A stretch of 63,460 nucleotides of DNA from Magnetococcales bacterium. GTDB lineage: Bacteria > Pseudomonadota > Magnetococcia > Magnetococcales > JADFYX01. The position numbers were made by a program, and so were the translations under genes. How positions within the stretch are numbered: position 1 is the stretch's first letter; the number at the start of each line of letters is the position of its first letter. Below, in pieces: positions 63,187 to 63,460 of this stretch. The notes beneath the pieces are model-generated. The model was not told the DNA's origin, made no database searches, and was given only the letters and a program-made list of their open reading frames with translations. The DNA is taken from assembly GCA_015231305.1 (NCBI GenBank), contig JADGBW010000006.1:1-63460 (forward strand), in the 5' to 3' direction.

Positions 63187-63460
63187 TTTTAAATGTATCC
63201 ATTTGAAAATAATAAAAATAATATTGGCATTAAAGCAAATTATCAAATGTATGTAAATACAATTATAGGCTTTGGAATTTTCATAGTTTTAATCATGTAA
63301 ATATCCAAACACAAACAATAGTAACACTATGCTATACATGTGTTTACTTCATCCAAGACACAAGTTTAGTGTTGGCTTGAATTAAAACACGCAATTATTA
63401 AACGAACTATTGTTAAGTTTAAGTATAATTGAGAAGTAAACATGACACAGTATGTGATTA

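Overview
AT-rich, gene-dense chromosomal window from a microaerophilic proteobacterium. The protein style suggests Magnetococcales, but that is inference only. In order it carries: a respiratory supercluster (cbb3 ccoN/ccoO divergent from an A2-type coxC-sco-coxB-coxA oxidase, then sco-ccoG-ccoH-ccoQ); late cobalamin genes; a desaturase, comM and an aldehyde dehydrogenase; O2-independent ubiquinone genes (ubiK, V, U, X); a LysR-CDGSH-cytb561-yceI unit; ychF-pth-rplY-prs; an ankyrin protein; metF; a TonB-receptor/YfiR/hybrid-kinase operon; a TRAP transporter; a two-ABC type I secretion system; fba, accA; a nadA-HD-HD-chaN-dnaE operon; queG; and a decayed toxin-antitoxin pair. The ORF track misses several features. 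(1) Two copies of a ~163-bp MITE-like element that folds end to end into an ungapped rod with strongly strand-biased G.T pairs; copy 1 has a perfect 5-bp target duplication. (2) A 39-aa single-TM ORF overlapping the end of coxA. (3) A hicA remnant with a palindromic operator. (4) A frameshifted RelE-like toxin. (5) A candidate rplY leader hairpin. (6) A perfect FNR box. No tRNA, rRNA, CRISPR array or intact transposase was seen. All calls come from motif reading by eye, with no database searches.
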